A DNA stretch of 63,340 nucleotides, counting the filler, from Licmophora abbreviata (Eukaryota), in the NCBI GenBank assembly GCA_900291995.1. It is 10 parts of 10 records of this genome, joined end to end, with 100 filler letters (N's around TTAATTAATTAA, not from the genome) between each part and the next. Parts side by side here need not be neighbours in the genome. Positions count along the whole stretch, not along the records: positions 18,634 to 29,981 come from OLMU01002373.1; positions 30,082 to 42,156 come from OLMU01002375.1; 8 more parts are not named here. The stretch is one strand, 5' to 3'. The position numbers and the translations under genes were made by a program. This document shows positions 24,033 to 34,763 of this stretch, in pieces; within the stretch, counting starts at the first letter, position 1, and the number at the start of each line of letters is the position of its first letter. Under the pieces are notes generated by a model, which did no database searches, had not been told where the DNA came from, and saw only the letters and a program-made list of their open reading frames with translations.

Positions 24033-25082
24033 ATGTCATCGAATCAAAGATCGAACGGTGACCAGCAGGACTGTCATTTGGAGTCAAACCGCCAGCTGGA
24101 CACTCAAACCACTACTAGTACTTCACCACCGTCTCTTGCTCACTGGCATAATGCGATTGCAGGAGGCGTCGCCGGTGTCGGAGCACGCTTGTTCACTGCT
24201 CCCCTCGATTTATGGAGAATTCGCCGACAGCTCTTTCCAGCAGCAACCCAGCAGTTTGGCTTGATCAGTGGCATGCGACACATTGTCGAATCGGAAGGGG
24301 GCCTTCTGTCTCTGTTTCGAGGGAACGTGGCCGCCACGTATCTTTGGATGGGCTATTCGGCGGTTCAATTTTCCTTTTACGAGTGGTCTTCGGGTGTTCT
24401 GCTCGAGCTGAATACGAATCATGATGGTAGCGCGACACTGCCCTATCCGGTCCTGCTGCATTTCGTCTCGGGCGCCTCGGCAGGAACCGTCGCTACGGTC
24501 ACCACGTACCCGCTGGATCTGACCCGAACTATATTTGCCGCCAAGGGCATTCATACAGCCACCACTACGGCGTCCGGTACACCTTTCACCGGTTCCTATG
24601 CGCCCCGATCCATACTTGAATTCGTCCAGCACGTCCTGCATCGACACGGACCGCTCGGTCTGTTTGCGGGATGCGGACCGGCCGTGGTGCAGATTATTCC
24701 CTACATGGGCCTCAACTTTTGTATACATGACTGGCTTATATCATTTTCAAGACACCAGAAGCAGACAAACGAATCCAATATCAGAAGCCACGTTTCGGCG
24801 TCTTTGTCGGGTTTCGCGGGAGCCATATCCGGTGGGGTGAGCAAGATGCTCGTTTTCCCTCTAGACACCTGCAAGCGGCGGCTCCAGGCACAGTCTGCGT
24901 TCGGTGTATTGTACAGTGGAATGGTAGACTGCTTTGTGACCATTGTTCGAACGGAGGGCTTCCGAAGTCTTTACAACGGACTAGTGCCTTCCTTGTTGAA
25001 GAATACCATCGCGACAGCACTGTCGTTCGGGTTGTTTACTTTCACGAAGAATTCACTTACATCACTAGAGTCAACTGACTGA
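24033..25082 (+). CDS. Mitochondrial carrier family protein, thiamine pyrophosphate carrier-like (SLC25A19/TPC1)
   Basis: Three Px[DE]xx[KR] repeats (PLDLWR, PLDLTR, PLDTCK); FRGNVAA..LWMGYSAVQF and QIIPYMGLNF. Confidence 0.8.
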   Translation: MSSNQRSNGDQQDCHLESNRQLDTQTTTSTSPPSLAHWHNAIAGGVAGVGARLFTAPLDLWRIRRQLFPAATQQFGLISGMRHIVESEGGLLSLFRGNVAATYLWMGYSAVQFSFYEWSSGVLLELNTNHDGSATLPYPVLLHFVSGASAGTVATVTTYPLDLTRTIFAAKGIHTATTTASGTPFTGSYAPRSILEFVQHVLHRHGPLGLFAGCGPAVVQIIPYMGLNFCIHDWLISFSRHQKQTNESNIRSHVSASLSGFAGAISGGVSKMLVFPLDTCKRRLQAQSAFGVLYSGMVDCFVTIVRTEGFRSLYNGLVPSLLKNTIATALSFGLFTFTKNSLTSLESTD

Positions 25083-25243
25083 TTCTGAGACTGCGAAGGA
25101 AGCTCTAAGCATACTAAGGCATTAACGGCTTCATCATACAGTTGACAAGGAACGAAATAAATCGTCGCTCAGTGCAAAGTCAGCCTGAAAAAAATTGCTA
25201 TTTGCGAGAAGAAATTTATTCAATCGCCTCTGATGCTTTGTTT

Positions 25244-26712
25244 TCAAGTCACCTTGAGCAACCACCCATGCGGGTCCTCAGCCTCTCCGTATTGTATGGC
25301 TCGTACTTTGTCGTACAAGAATCGCGTCGTGGGCCCAATTTCTCCTTTGCTTCCAAACTCATACTTCTTTTCCTCACTGCCGAGTCGCGTTATGCTGCCG
25401 ACGGGAGTCACCACCACGGCTGTCCCCACAGCCATCACTTCGTCAAAGGTTTCCATTTCTTCTACGGGGACATCTCGCGCTTCCACATCCCACCCTTCAT
25501 CTGCCGCGATCGTCATGAGACTCTTATTGGTAATACTGGGCAGTACCGACTGTGACTTTGGTGTCACATACTTTTTCTGGTCCTGGACAATTCCCACAAA
25601 GTTGCTGGTACTGAATTCCTCCACAAGAGTCTGCGTCTGAGCATCTAGATACAATCCAATCGGAAATCCCTTCTTCTTGCTTACCATATTGGGCAACAGG
25701 TCCGCGGCATAGTTGCCCGCTACCTTGACATTGCCCACACCACGTGGCGCCGCCCGATCAAAGTCTTCAATCAGCAGGCCATCCACAGGAGACGCCAAAC
25801 CGCCCTTGTAATAGTCCCCCACGGGGATGACCATAACGCAAAAGACATACTCATCGGAAGGCTGCAATCCAATGCGGGGCCCCGATCCAAACAAGAAGGG
25901 GCGAATGTACAGAGCTCCTCCCGAGCCGTAGGGTGGGACGAATTCGATATTGTCGCGAACGGCCAAGTTGACGGCGTCAATGAACTTTTCGGTGGAGAGA
26001 GGGGCCATCATGGTGCGTTCACAGCTCGATTGCATTCTGAGAAACAGTGTGCCAAACGAGCAAGAGTGAGTACACAAGGATAAGTAGGAGAACATCGTTT
26101 TCCCCCTGTACACACGCTACAGAACCATCACACACACCTCTTGGCATTTTCGTCAGGACGAAAAATCTGAACCGATCCATCTTGATGCGTAAACGCCTTG
26201 AGACCTTCAAAGCACGACTGGCCATAGTGGATGGCCGTAGCACCAATGTGAAGATTAATATACGAGTCCTATGCGTAAAAGTAGTAATAGAGAAACAGTG
26301 AAGTGTCGTGAGTCGACTACATATTAGTCTGGATGTGATTCCAAAACATGGCTTTCAAAATACACTGACTCGTACGCACCTTGACGAGCTCCATTTCTCC
26401 CCATTCGCCATCCTTGTACGTCATGCGCACATGACTGTTGGTGGGACGAAATTCAAAGCCCAATTCTTCCCACGGCACGTCCAGTTGGGCCGTACCCGGC
26501 TGTTTCAACGGCTCTAGTGATGACGAAGTGGAAGTACTACTAGTAGTAGTAGTACTGCTGTCCTCGACCGTGGCCGATAAGGATCTTTCCGACCAGCGCG
26601 AGGAGGCTGTCGTTGTTGATAATGAAGGTAGTGTAAAGGCTGAACAGGAAGTCCAGAGCAGAGCGCTACTGACAAGCAAGCGCTTCATGGTCGTCGTCGC
26701 ATTCGTCGTCAT
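25244..26712 (-). CDS. ilvE: Branched-chain amino acid aminotransferase (PLP class IV), plastid-targeted; introns 26269-26379, 26037-26137
   Basis: HYGQSCFEGLKAF, LYIRPFL, KVAGNYA, LPSITNKSL, GTAVVVTPV; leader MKRLLVSSALLWTSCSA-FTLP. Confidence 0.93.
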
Positions 26713-27038
26713 GGTTCCAAACACAAACTGTAGTTTCTACGCAGGATGACACACAACACACACGCGTGCATGACTGACGCGAAGAAGGGCGACGGCGAAA
26801 AAGTCATCCCAAGCGAGATTTCGTGGACAGGAACGTCTGGCGGGAAATTACAGGTCATGAGCTTATCAGTACGTAGAATCCGTACCAAAGCCTACTGATA
26901 TTTCAGCGCGCCCACACAAAACGCTCCAAGATCGCGATTGATTCAAAACACACACACAAACATCACACACACATCAACTCGTGGTGTGTGTGGCTTGTAT
27001 CGAGGCGAAAGTCGTGTTTTCTGTATTCTGATTTGGCA

Positions 27039-28846
27039 ATGGTGAACTATCGAAGCCTGCTCTTCAGCGTCGCTGCAGTCTTCTGCACTCTTATCCAGGC
27101 TACCTTTGCTTTTACGTCATCGTCTTCTTTTCAACACACGACAACATCGCAAACATCACCCATCACAGTGTCAAGTAGTCCTTACAAGAAGAAGTATCGA
27201 CATTATTTTACTAGTTCTCATCGAAGTTTTTCTCGACGCAGCGGTGATGGTGCAATGCATTCCATGCTGGACGCCTTTCCTCGAGGAGGAGCCATGAATG
27301 TGGCTGGCCAAAGTACTGCTGCCTCCTTTCTGTCCGAGGCCATGTCCAAACTTGGAAAGTCTCCAAGCAGTGTCTTTAACTCGGCTTTAATTTCACTGGC
27401 CTTGACGACTGCCTTGATCAAAGTATGGCAGCGATTGTCGACAGTAGCAACAACCAAAGAAAGTTCGAACATCAACAGCGATGAGAAGAGAAAGAAGAAG
27501 CCCAAGGCCATTCAGTCTCTGCAAGTGAGATTCCTCCTAGTCTTTTGGTTGCTCCGTTGTGCCGACTGGTTGCAGGGACCTTACTTTTACGAAGTGTACG
27601 CCAGCAAGGTCTTTCACGGCGTCCCGGCCAGTTTAGGACTTGTCAGCAAACTCTTCTTGACGGGATTTGCGAGTACTGCACTCTTTGGACCACTCGTGGG
27701 ACGTGCGACGGATGCCTATGGGAGAAAGAAGGGAACGCTCGCCTTTGCCATTCTGTACGCACTGGGTGCGGCCAGTACCAGAAGTGGTATCCTTACGGTA
27801 TTGTTGATGGGACGTGTCATGAGTGGGATTGGAACGAGCTTGTTGTTTAGTGCACCGGAATCATGGCTTGTGGGAGAGGCGCAGCAGAGTGGAGAGGATG
27901 TGGATGGGTCGTACTTGGGAGAAACCTTTGGAATGGTATGTGCAAGGCGTGATTGCTACTACCTATCCATTATTTTCTCCATTGAGTTACTCATCCTGCT
28001 TTGTTTTCCCTGATACGACAGGCCTACGCGGGAGACTCGATTGTTGCTATTCTGGCAGGTCAATTTGCCGGTGCTGCCGCATCGGCTCGTGGACCCACGG
28101 GTCCGTTTGAACTTTCGGTCGGATTCCTTGCCATCGGTGGGCTCCTGGCAGGACTGCTGTGGAAGGAGAATGTTGCCGAGACAACCACAGCAACCAATGG
28201 GGACAATGACAATAACCAAAAGCCAACCATCCGAGAGGCAGTGGAGGTGATCAAAAAGGATCCCAAGATCATGTTGGTGGGAGCGGTGCAGAGTCTCTTT
28301 GAGGCAGCCATGTATATTTTCGTATTACAATGGCCGCCCGCTATTACCCGTGCCATCGCAAAGGTATTCGGGGCAGATGCTGCAACGCCCTATGGTACCG
28401 TTTTCTCGTGCTTCATGGCATCCTGCCTACTGGGGTCCACCGTATTTGGACAATTGGCCAAAGTCTCGGTTCCTACCGAGACATCGACTTCAGCCATGCT
28501 GACGGTCGCCTCACTCTCCATGGGAGCTGCCACGATGGCAGTCACCTCTCCTGCGGCACCTCTTGCCGCTCTCGTTCTGGCATTTTTTGCCTTTGAGTCA
28601 TGCGTGGGCATGTACTTTCCTTCTATTGGGACGCTACGGAGCAAGTATGTTCCAGACTCACACCGTTCTGTCATTATGAACCTCTTTGGTATTCCTCTGA
28701 ATGTCCTGGTGGTGAGTGTCTTCCTCTCCATTCGCCGCCTTGGTGTGGGAGGAGCTCTAGGAATTTCAACAGGAGCCTTGAGCCTGGCGGCGGCTTGCAT
28801 GTACCGTCTGCGTGCCATCTCGTCCGCCAAAGAGGCGACGGCATAG
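27039..28846 (+). CDS. MFS transporter of the MFSD5/MOT2 (molybdate-anion transporter) family with bipartite leader; intron 27936-28021
   Basis: ADWLQGPYFYEVY, GRVMSGIGTSLLFSAPESW, FEAAMYIFVLQWPP, GMYFPSIGTLRSKYVP; signal peptide ending TFA-FTS. Confidence 0.85.
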
Positions 28847-28906
28847 CTGAGAAGTATCGGTACGGCATCGATGGGTTGGTCGTAGGAATATTTCACCAAA
28901 GACATG

Positions 28907-29981
28907 TTAAACGTCATTGTTTAGAACCGTTCGGATGCTTTCCACGATCACTGGTCCCCACTCTTGAAGTCCCTTGGTGCTCGGGTGTAGCAAATCGGTC
29001 ATGAGCGTTCGATTGATTGTCTTGCCATCCCGTTCCCAAAAAACCTCATCTGATTCCATGTAATATAGTAACGCATCAGAAGGCTGACTTTCGACAAAGG
29101 TCTGCAGTCTCGCGTTGACCTGAGGAATGTAATTCATCAGCTCCTTCTTGTCTTGTCGAGGCAACAATCCGTGCAGGAGAATCGGTGTCCTGGGGCGTTG
29201 CAACTGAATATACTCGACGACGCGCAAGATACCGCCCACCACATACTCAACATTGCACTGGGCGATTCCAAAGTTGTTCGTACCAATCATAATCCAAAAC
29301 ATCCTTGGCTGGAAGCTTTCTTCTTGTAGCAACCCATTTTGCAGGCGCCACAGCAAGTGGGTAGTTGCATCTGCCGCCGTCGCCAACACGAGTCCTCGGA
29401 GAGGACCAAACACAGTTTCAAACACAGCTCGATTTTCTTGATGATATATTGTCCCATCATGGAGGTTCCATTCCATAGTTCTGTAATGGAATCGCCCAGC
29501 AACACAAAATCCACGTTTTGATTCGCAGTCGCCGCGTACTCGACGTCTTGGACCTGTACTTTATAATGGGCCTTCCACTCTTTCTTGTATCTCGGAATCG
29601 GGTCTTTCGACAGATCCCCACACTGACAGGTCGACTGCTGATCGGGTGGGGTCTGCCGATTGCAATGAGAAAAATGAAGAATCTGATGGTGAGTGCCTGC
29701 GTGTATCCTCTCTCACGAGATGTGTGCCTTCACCCATCTCATCACGTAGAACGCACTCACATAACATGGAAGTATCGAGGTATTTCGTTCGGGATAGAGC
29801 AGCGATTGGTATTGGTCCCAGTTCGCACCGACTCCTGCTGCTTTCTCGGCAGCGCTCGTACTAGACGAGTGGGAGGAAGCACCGGTCCGCCCCATTTCGT
29901 GGTCTCCCAAAGTACTACTACTACCGCCCAGGAGCATCCGACGATTGTTGACGACGACCGCCAGAATAATGCCACAATGAG
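28907..29981 (-). CDS. SGNH/GDSL hydrolase (PAF-acetylhydrolase Ib-like); 5' end lost at spacer; intron 29653-29760; apparent frameshift near 29445
   Basis: VLLGDSITE, LLWRLQNG, MIGTNN, GLLPR, DLLHPS; a TAT|GTGAGT donor gives an in-frame join. Confidence 0.75.
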
Positions 29982-30081
29982 NNNNNNNNNNNNNNNNNNN
30001 NNNNNNNNNNNNNNNNNNNNNNNNNTTAATTAATTAANNNNNNNNNNNNNNNNNNNNNNNNNNNNNNNNNNNNNNNNNNNN
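29982..30081. other. Artificial contig spacer
   Basis: N44-TTAATTAATTAA-N44. Confidence 0.98.
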
Positions 30082-30093
30082 TAAAATACTCAG

Positions 30094-31131
30094 TTAGGAG
30101 CGGCGTTCTGCTTCTTCACCCCACCCAAGTGCTCGCTTTTGCAACTCAAAGTGCTCTACGGCTGCTTCATACAGCTTGAGATCCAACTGATTGTGGTGCA
30201 GGATGGCACGGCGAGTCTCCTCGTCCGGCTTATCGGGCAAGGCCCAGTGCGTACCTTTAGGTCCACACCCATTGTTGGACGGACTCGCATTGGCATGTGG
30301 CAGGGCACAGTCTTGCGACCGGTCGTCACCATCGAGATGCTCCGCCATCCATGGAAATGCACGCCCAATCATTTGCACCGTCATGGGCAATTGGTCGGTC
30401 AGACCAATCACGGTGAAGCGATTTTGCATGTTCCGAATGGCTTCTTCGCTCTTGGCGTCGTCCGTCATGTTTTGAGACAGCGGCGATGTCAACAAGTTTC
30501 GCGTTTGGTGATTGACCAGCTGCGGCAGGCATACGCTGCCGCTGCTGTCCGCATCCTCGCCCTGTTGATCCATGTCGGCGTAAATGTCAGTTAGGTTTCT
30601 GCACTTGTAGCAGCCGCGTGTCTGAAAACGAAACATACTCCAGACTCGATCTACAGGATGCCGCAGTACCGTGAAGGCTTCCGCGTCTTGCCAGTCCATC
30701 TGATTCGTTTGAAACAAGGGTGCACAGTAGGTCATGGCGGCACTGGTGGAAATGTGAGCGCGACAGCGGTCCGATGGATCACTGATGCATCGTTTATACG
30801 AGGAGGCGCTGCATTCGGAGAGCGAAGCAAAGGAAATCATCGAGTCCAGGTCGATGCGTGCTCTTCGCAAGGCACAACTCAAGAGCTGGTTGATACTAGT
30901 CCCACCTGTCTTCATGTGGTGCAGGTGAAAGAACTGGTGCGAGTTCGCGACAGTCCTGTTGGTGGTAGGATCAAAGCTTGTTTGGATATCATGAGGCTTC
31001 AGTCGTTCCACCAGATCCAGTATCTGCTGTTCTTCCGTGGTCCAAGCTCCAAGGCGGGCCGAAACAGACGACGAGGCTAGAAGCAACAGCAGCCCAGACA
31101 AAAGTAGTCGTACTCGAATCTTGGCCTTCAT
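30094..31131 (-). CDS. Sulfotransferase (Sulfotransfer_2 / carbohydrate sulfotransferase-like), secretory pathway
   Basis: 5'-PSB FHLHHMKTGGTS, 3'-PB TVLRHPVDRVWSMF, C-terminal NQLDLKLY; signal peptide. Confidence 0.85.
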   Translation of the reverse strand: MKAKIRVRLLLSGLLLLLASSSVSARLGAWTTEEQQILDLVERLKPHDIQTSFDPTTNRTVANSHQFFHLHHMKTGGTSINQLLSCALRRARIDLDSMISFASLSECSASSYKRCISDPSDRCRAHISTSAAMTYCAPLFQTNQMDWQDAEAFTVLRHPVDRVWSMFRFQTRGCYKCRNLTDIYADMDQQGEDADSSGSVCLPQLVNHQTRNLLTSPLSQNMTDDAKSEEAIRNMQNRFTVIGLTDQLPMTVQMIGRAFPWMAEHLDGDDRSQDCALPHANASPSNNGCGPKGTHWALPDKPDEETRRAILHHNQLDLKLYEAAVEHFELQKRALGWGEEAERRS

Positions 31132-31631
31132 TCGTCTTGAACTCCCAGGCTTTCTTTTCTCTCACTTTCTCAATCTCGAATGTCGATATTGCACAGAGGC
31201 TGTTGAAAGAGCACTGTAACAGTTCAAATGAGGGTGAATGCTTGACTGCAACAATCCCAACACGATCGCAATCTGCGAGACAACAGCAAGCTTCTCGTGA
31301 ACGAAAAAGGCCTTGCAAACTGAGACCAAGCGTTCGGATCCTTTCTCTTTTCGTAGTGAAACTAACCGAGTAACATCATACTCCGAGTAGTACGTTGGGA
31401 ATTGCCGCTCTGGCTGCATTTCGGAGCAACTTCGAACACACTGGGATGACGTGTCATCGGCGACGGACGGACATAGTCTCAAAATATTTTGAAGTTCTAG
31501 AGGTTCGCGTCCGCGAGAGCTAAATCCAAAGATAGTCTACCAGTAGTCGTATCATACACTTCTAATACGGCATGTTTTCAAACTGCTCCAGAGGCTGATG
31601 CTAAATATTGATCGTGTGTATGTACGTGTCC

Positions 31632-34113
31632 CTACAGCACATGCCAGGCAGCACCGAGGACACCAGCCGCCAACCACATGGAACGACAGTTCATGGTCGC
31701 ACTACTCGTTGGCCCCGTAGGTGGGTCCGTAGCCGGAGATGGTGGAAGATCCGTCGAGAGCTCGTCCGAGGGGGGAGCCGTTGGATCGGCCACAGGTGGA
31801 TCTGTTGCGGCGTCTGCGGGCATGGGTGTAGGAGCGGGGGAAATTGGAGACGGAGTCGGAGGGGCGCCCGTTGGAGACGGAGTCGGCATAGGGCTGATGG
31901 TGGGGAACGTAGCCATGAAGGTTGCAACGTAGAGAGGAACCGAGCTAAGGTCAAGGGCTGGAACTTCAATGGTGTGCGATTGTGTTCCACCGTTCGACCA
32001 CTGTTTGAAGACGAAGGATGCTTGATCGGGTGCGTCCACACGAAGGCCGTGCTTCTCCCAGGACAGAACCTCGATCGGAGGTGTGACACGGAAGTCGTCC
32101 AGGAGAAGAGTCAAACCAGCTCCGGCAGGCTCCACATCAAAGTCCAATATTACTGTCTTGGGATTGATAATTCGACTGACAGTGCTCTCGATTCCTTCGC
32201 TATCGATGGCCGTAAGTAGAACTTCAAGATAACTGTTGCCAGCGGCTTCAAAGTCTTCCGGGCCAGGTGCCGGTGAGATGGGAAAGTTGTTGCCAGATCT
32301 AAGATCGAGGAAGGGGTGAAAATGAGTGTTGTGATGCTGGCGCACTTCCCAAAAGAGTGACGAGTCGGGAATGGCATTTCCATCGGCGTCCACAGCGGAG
32401 CCAGACAAGGTAAAGATGTCTCCAACGGCGAAAGTGGCTCCTTCTGGTGGATCAACGATAGTAGCAGTCGGAGGAGTACCGACTTGGATGGTCAAAAACT
32501 CAATGGCAGAAAAGCCAAAAAAATCCCGGACCCTCACCGAGGCCTGGAATGTGCCAGCTGTATTGTACTGATGTTCAATAATGGAAGGACCCTGGACGGG
32601 GTCGGTGCCATCGCCAAAGTCCCAAGTAAAGGTTAGAGCGTCGTCGTCGGGGTCGGAACTTCCAGAAGCATCAAACTCGACAACAACGCCAACAGGACCT
32701 TGTGCGGGTTCGGCTAGCACAATTGCAATTGGTCCGGAGTTTTCGCCTCCCACAAAGGAAATACGCCGGAGGTTGTCAGTTCCGCGACGGCTCGTATAGT
32801 ACAACGCTTGCGTACCACGGTATGGACCGAACGTCAACTGTACCGGCCGAGGCCATTCATGAAATGTCTCGTTGACCCACCCAGGTCTGGGAGGTAAGCA
32901 TTGACGACACTCCACGCTCGGGTCTTCTCGGATGCTGTAGATCCCTCCAAACACGAAATCGGCAAAGAGGTACGTATTGTCATAGTAGTCTGGCCATATT
33001 CCATTGGGCACAAACGCACCGCCGACTGAAGCTCCACCCTGATCTGTGTGAGGATAATAGTACAAGGGATCCACAAAGTTTGGTCCGGGATTACCACACC
33101 TGTCAAGCGTGTTCAAAACACATGGCCCCTCGCGTAAGGGCCATCCGAAATTCCCCCCGGCAACGAGCTCGCTCGTCTCCTCCCACTTGGCTCCGCCAAC
33201 ATCATTCACAAAGAATCGATTGTTTTGGTTGGGATCCTTGGCAAAGCGAAAGGGGTTACGAAACCCGTAGGCATAGACTTCTTCGCAGACAGCGCCCACA
33301 GGAGAACCCTCGGGTAAGACTCCAGCTTCGTTGCACCGTGCGGTAGTGCGACTGCCGTCAAGGAAGGGGTTATCGGGTGGGATCCCTCCGTCCTCGGTAA
33401 GGCGAAGGACCTTTCCCAAGAGTTTTCCGAGATCGCTTGCAGCCGCCTCTTGCCGTTCACCTCCGTCTCCTGTTGATCGATTCATGCGATGATGAGCAAG
33501 TTAGAAGTGTCGAAAGCGTTCGTAAAGACCACTAGTGAGGGGGTCAAGGCACAGGATGGTCATTGAACAATCCTCACTCACCAATTGTAATGTATAGGAA
33601 TCCATCGTCTCCAAAGGCCATGTCACCACCGTTATGGATGCGATCCTTGAGTGGCGGTGTCTCTAGCAGTGGTTCCTCGGACGCAGGATCGAGCGTAAAG
33701 TCGTCCAGCATGGTGAAGCGCGACAAACGATTGACAGCCCCAGTCGCCTGGGACTCGCCGCAACCTCCGAACTTGTCCCATGTGTAATAGAGATACACCC
33801 ATCGGTTGTTGACGAAGTTGGGATGGGCGACGACCGTGTTAAGACCACGTTCTCCGTTGGAGCACACCTTCTCCTCAATATCCAGCATGAGGAGCCTGTC
33901 CGTGGGTTCATTGTCCAGATCCAAAAAGGCAAAAAGTCTGCCTGCCTTGGCAGTCGCCATGAGAAAGGAACCTGTTGAGATAGGGTTGGGAGCGAAATTG
34001 AAAGCAGTAATGTCAAAGACACGCCCTGCACCTTCGTCGACGAAGCCCGGAGGAACCGCCTTGACAAGCGTCGAGAAAGCCGCCAGAGCAACAAACATGA
34101 GTTGCATCATCAT
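31632..34113 (-). CDS. PQQ-dependent soluble glucose/sorbosone dehydrogenase-family protein + PKD domain + Pro/Thr stalk; intron 33470-33581
   Basis: GERGLNTV..HPNF, HNGGDMAFGDDGFLYITIGDGG, GKVLRL..DGGIPPDNPF, YAYGFRNPFR, GGNFGWP; PKD FDASGSSDPDDDALTFTWDFGDG. Confidence 0.88.
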
Positions 34114-34763
34114 TGCGGCTTGGTTTTCACGACTGTCACCGAAATTTCGAGCTTTAAGAATGCCCTATACAGTTTCCTTTCCTTGAAACCTGAACAGTAT
34201 GGAACTTCAGACGGCTGCACAAGATCCTTCTCAACCACACTTTTTCACTCAAGATTGGCACGATCGAGGCCCTTTTTGTGAGGGTCGATGGTCGGCGGGA
34301 ACCGACTCGAGCGAAAAATTTGAAACCCAAACACAAAATTTGGTACTCCTACTTCTTAACGCTTGAACTTTTCTTTTAAAGTCACAGCTCACGTCATCGT
34401 CTTATCATCGGGTTTGGAATAGGACGCGAAGGGCGCTAGAAATTTGTCAATACCAATCCCGTGTGAGCCACATCTTTCGCGCGCTCGAAGAAGAAAGGAT
34501 GAGGTGGTGGCAGCGATTTTTCCCCTCTGTTTGCCAGATGCTCAGTCCGCAGGTCGTCCGTAAAGGCCTGCTAGTCTTTCGTCTATCATTCCTGAAAAAG
34601 AAGAAAAAAAGAACTAGCCAGGCAGCATAGCAAAGGGCATTGATGCAAATGAAGAGTATATGAGTAAGCAGCGCCAACAGGGCAGCTGGTAAGTGTAAAA
34701 GTAGTAGCGAAAATGGATTCTATGTGTAGTGAAAAATATATCTAAACAAATTGCAAAACGTTC

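Noticed and set aside
25083..25243. TPP riboswitch downstream of the TPP carrier (CTGAGA present)
   Set aside because: No following CCTGAT/TAATxxxxGCG/AGGGA elements or P2-P5 pairing visible
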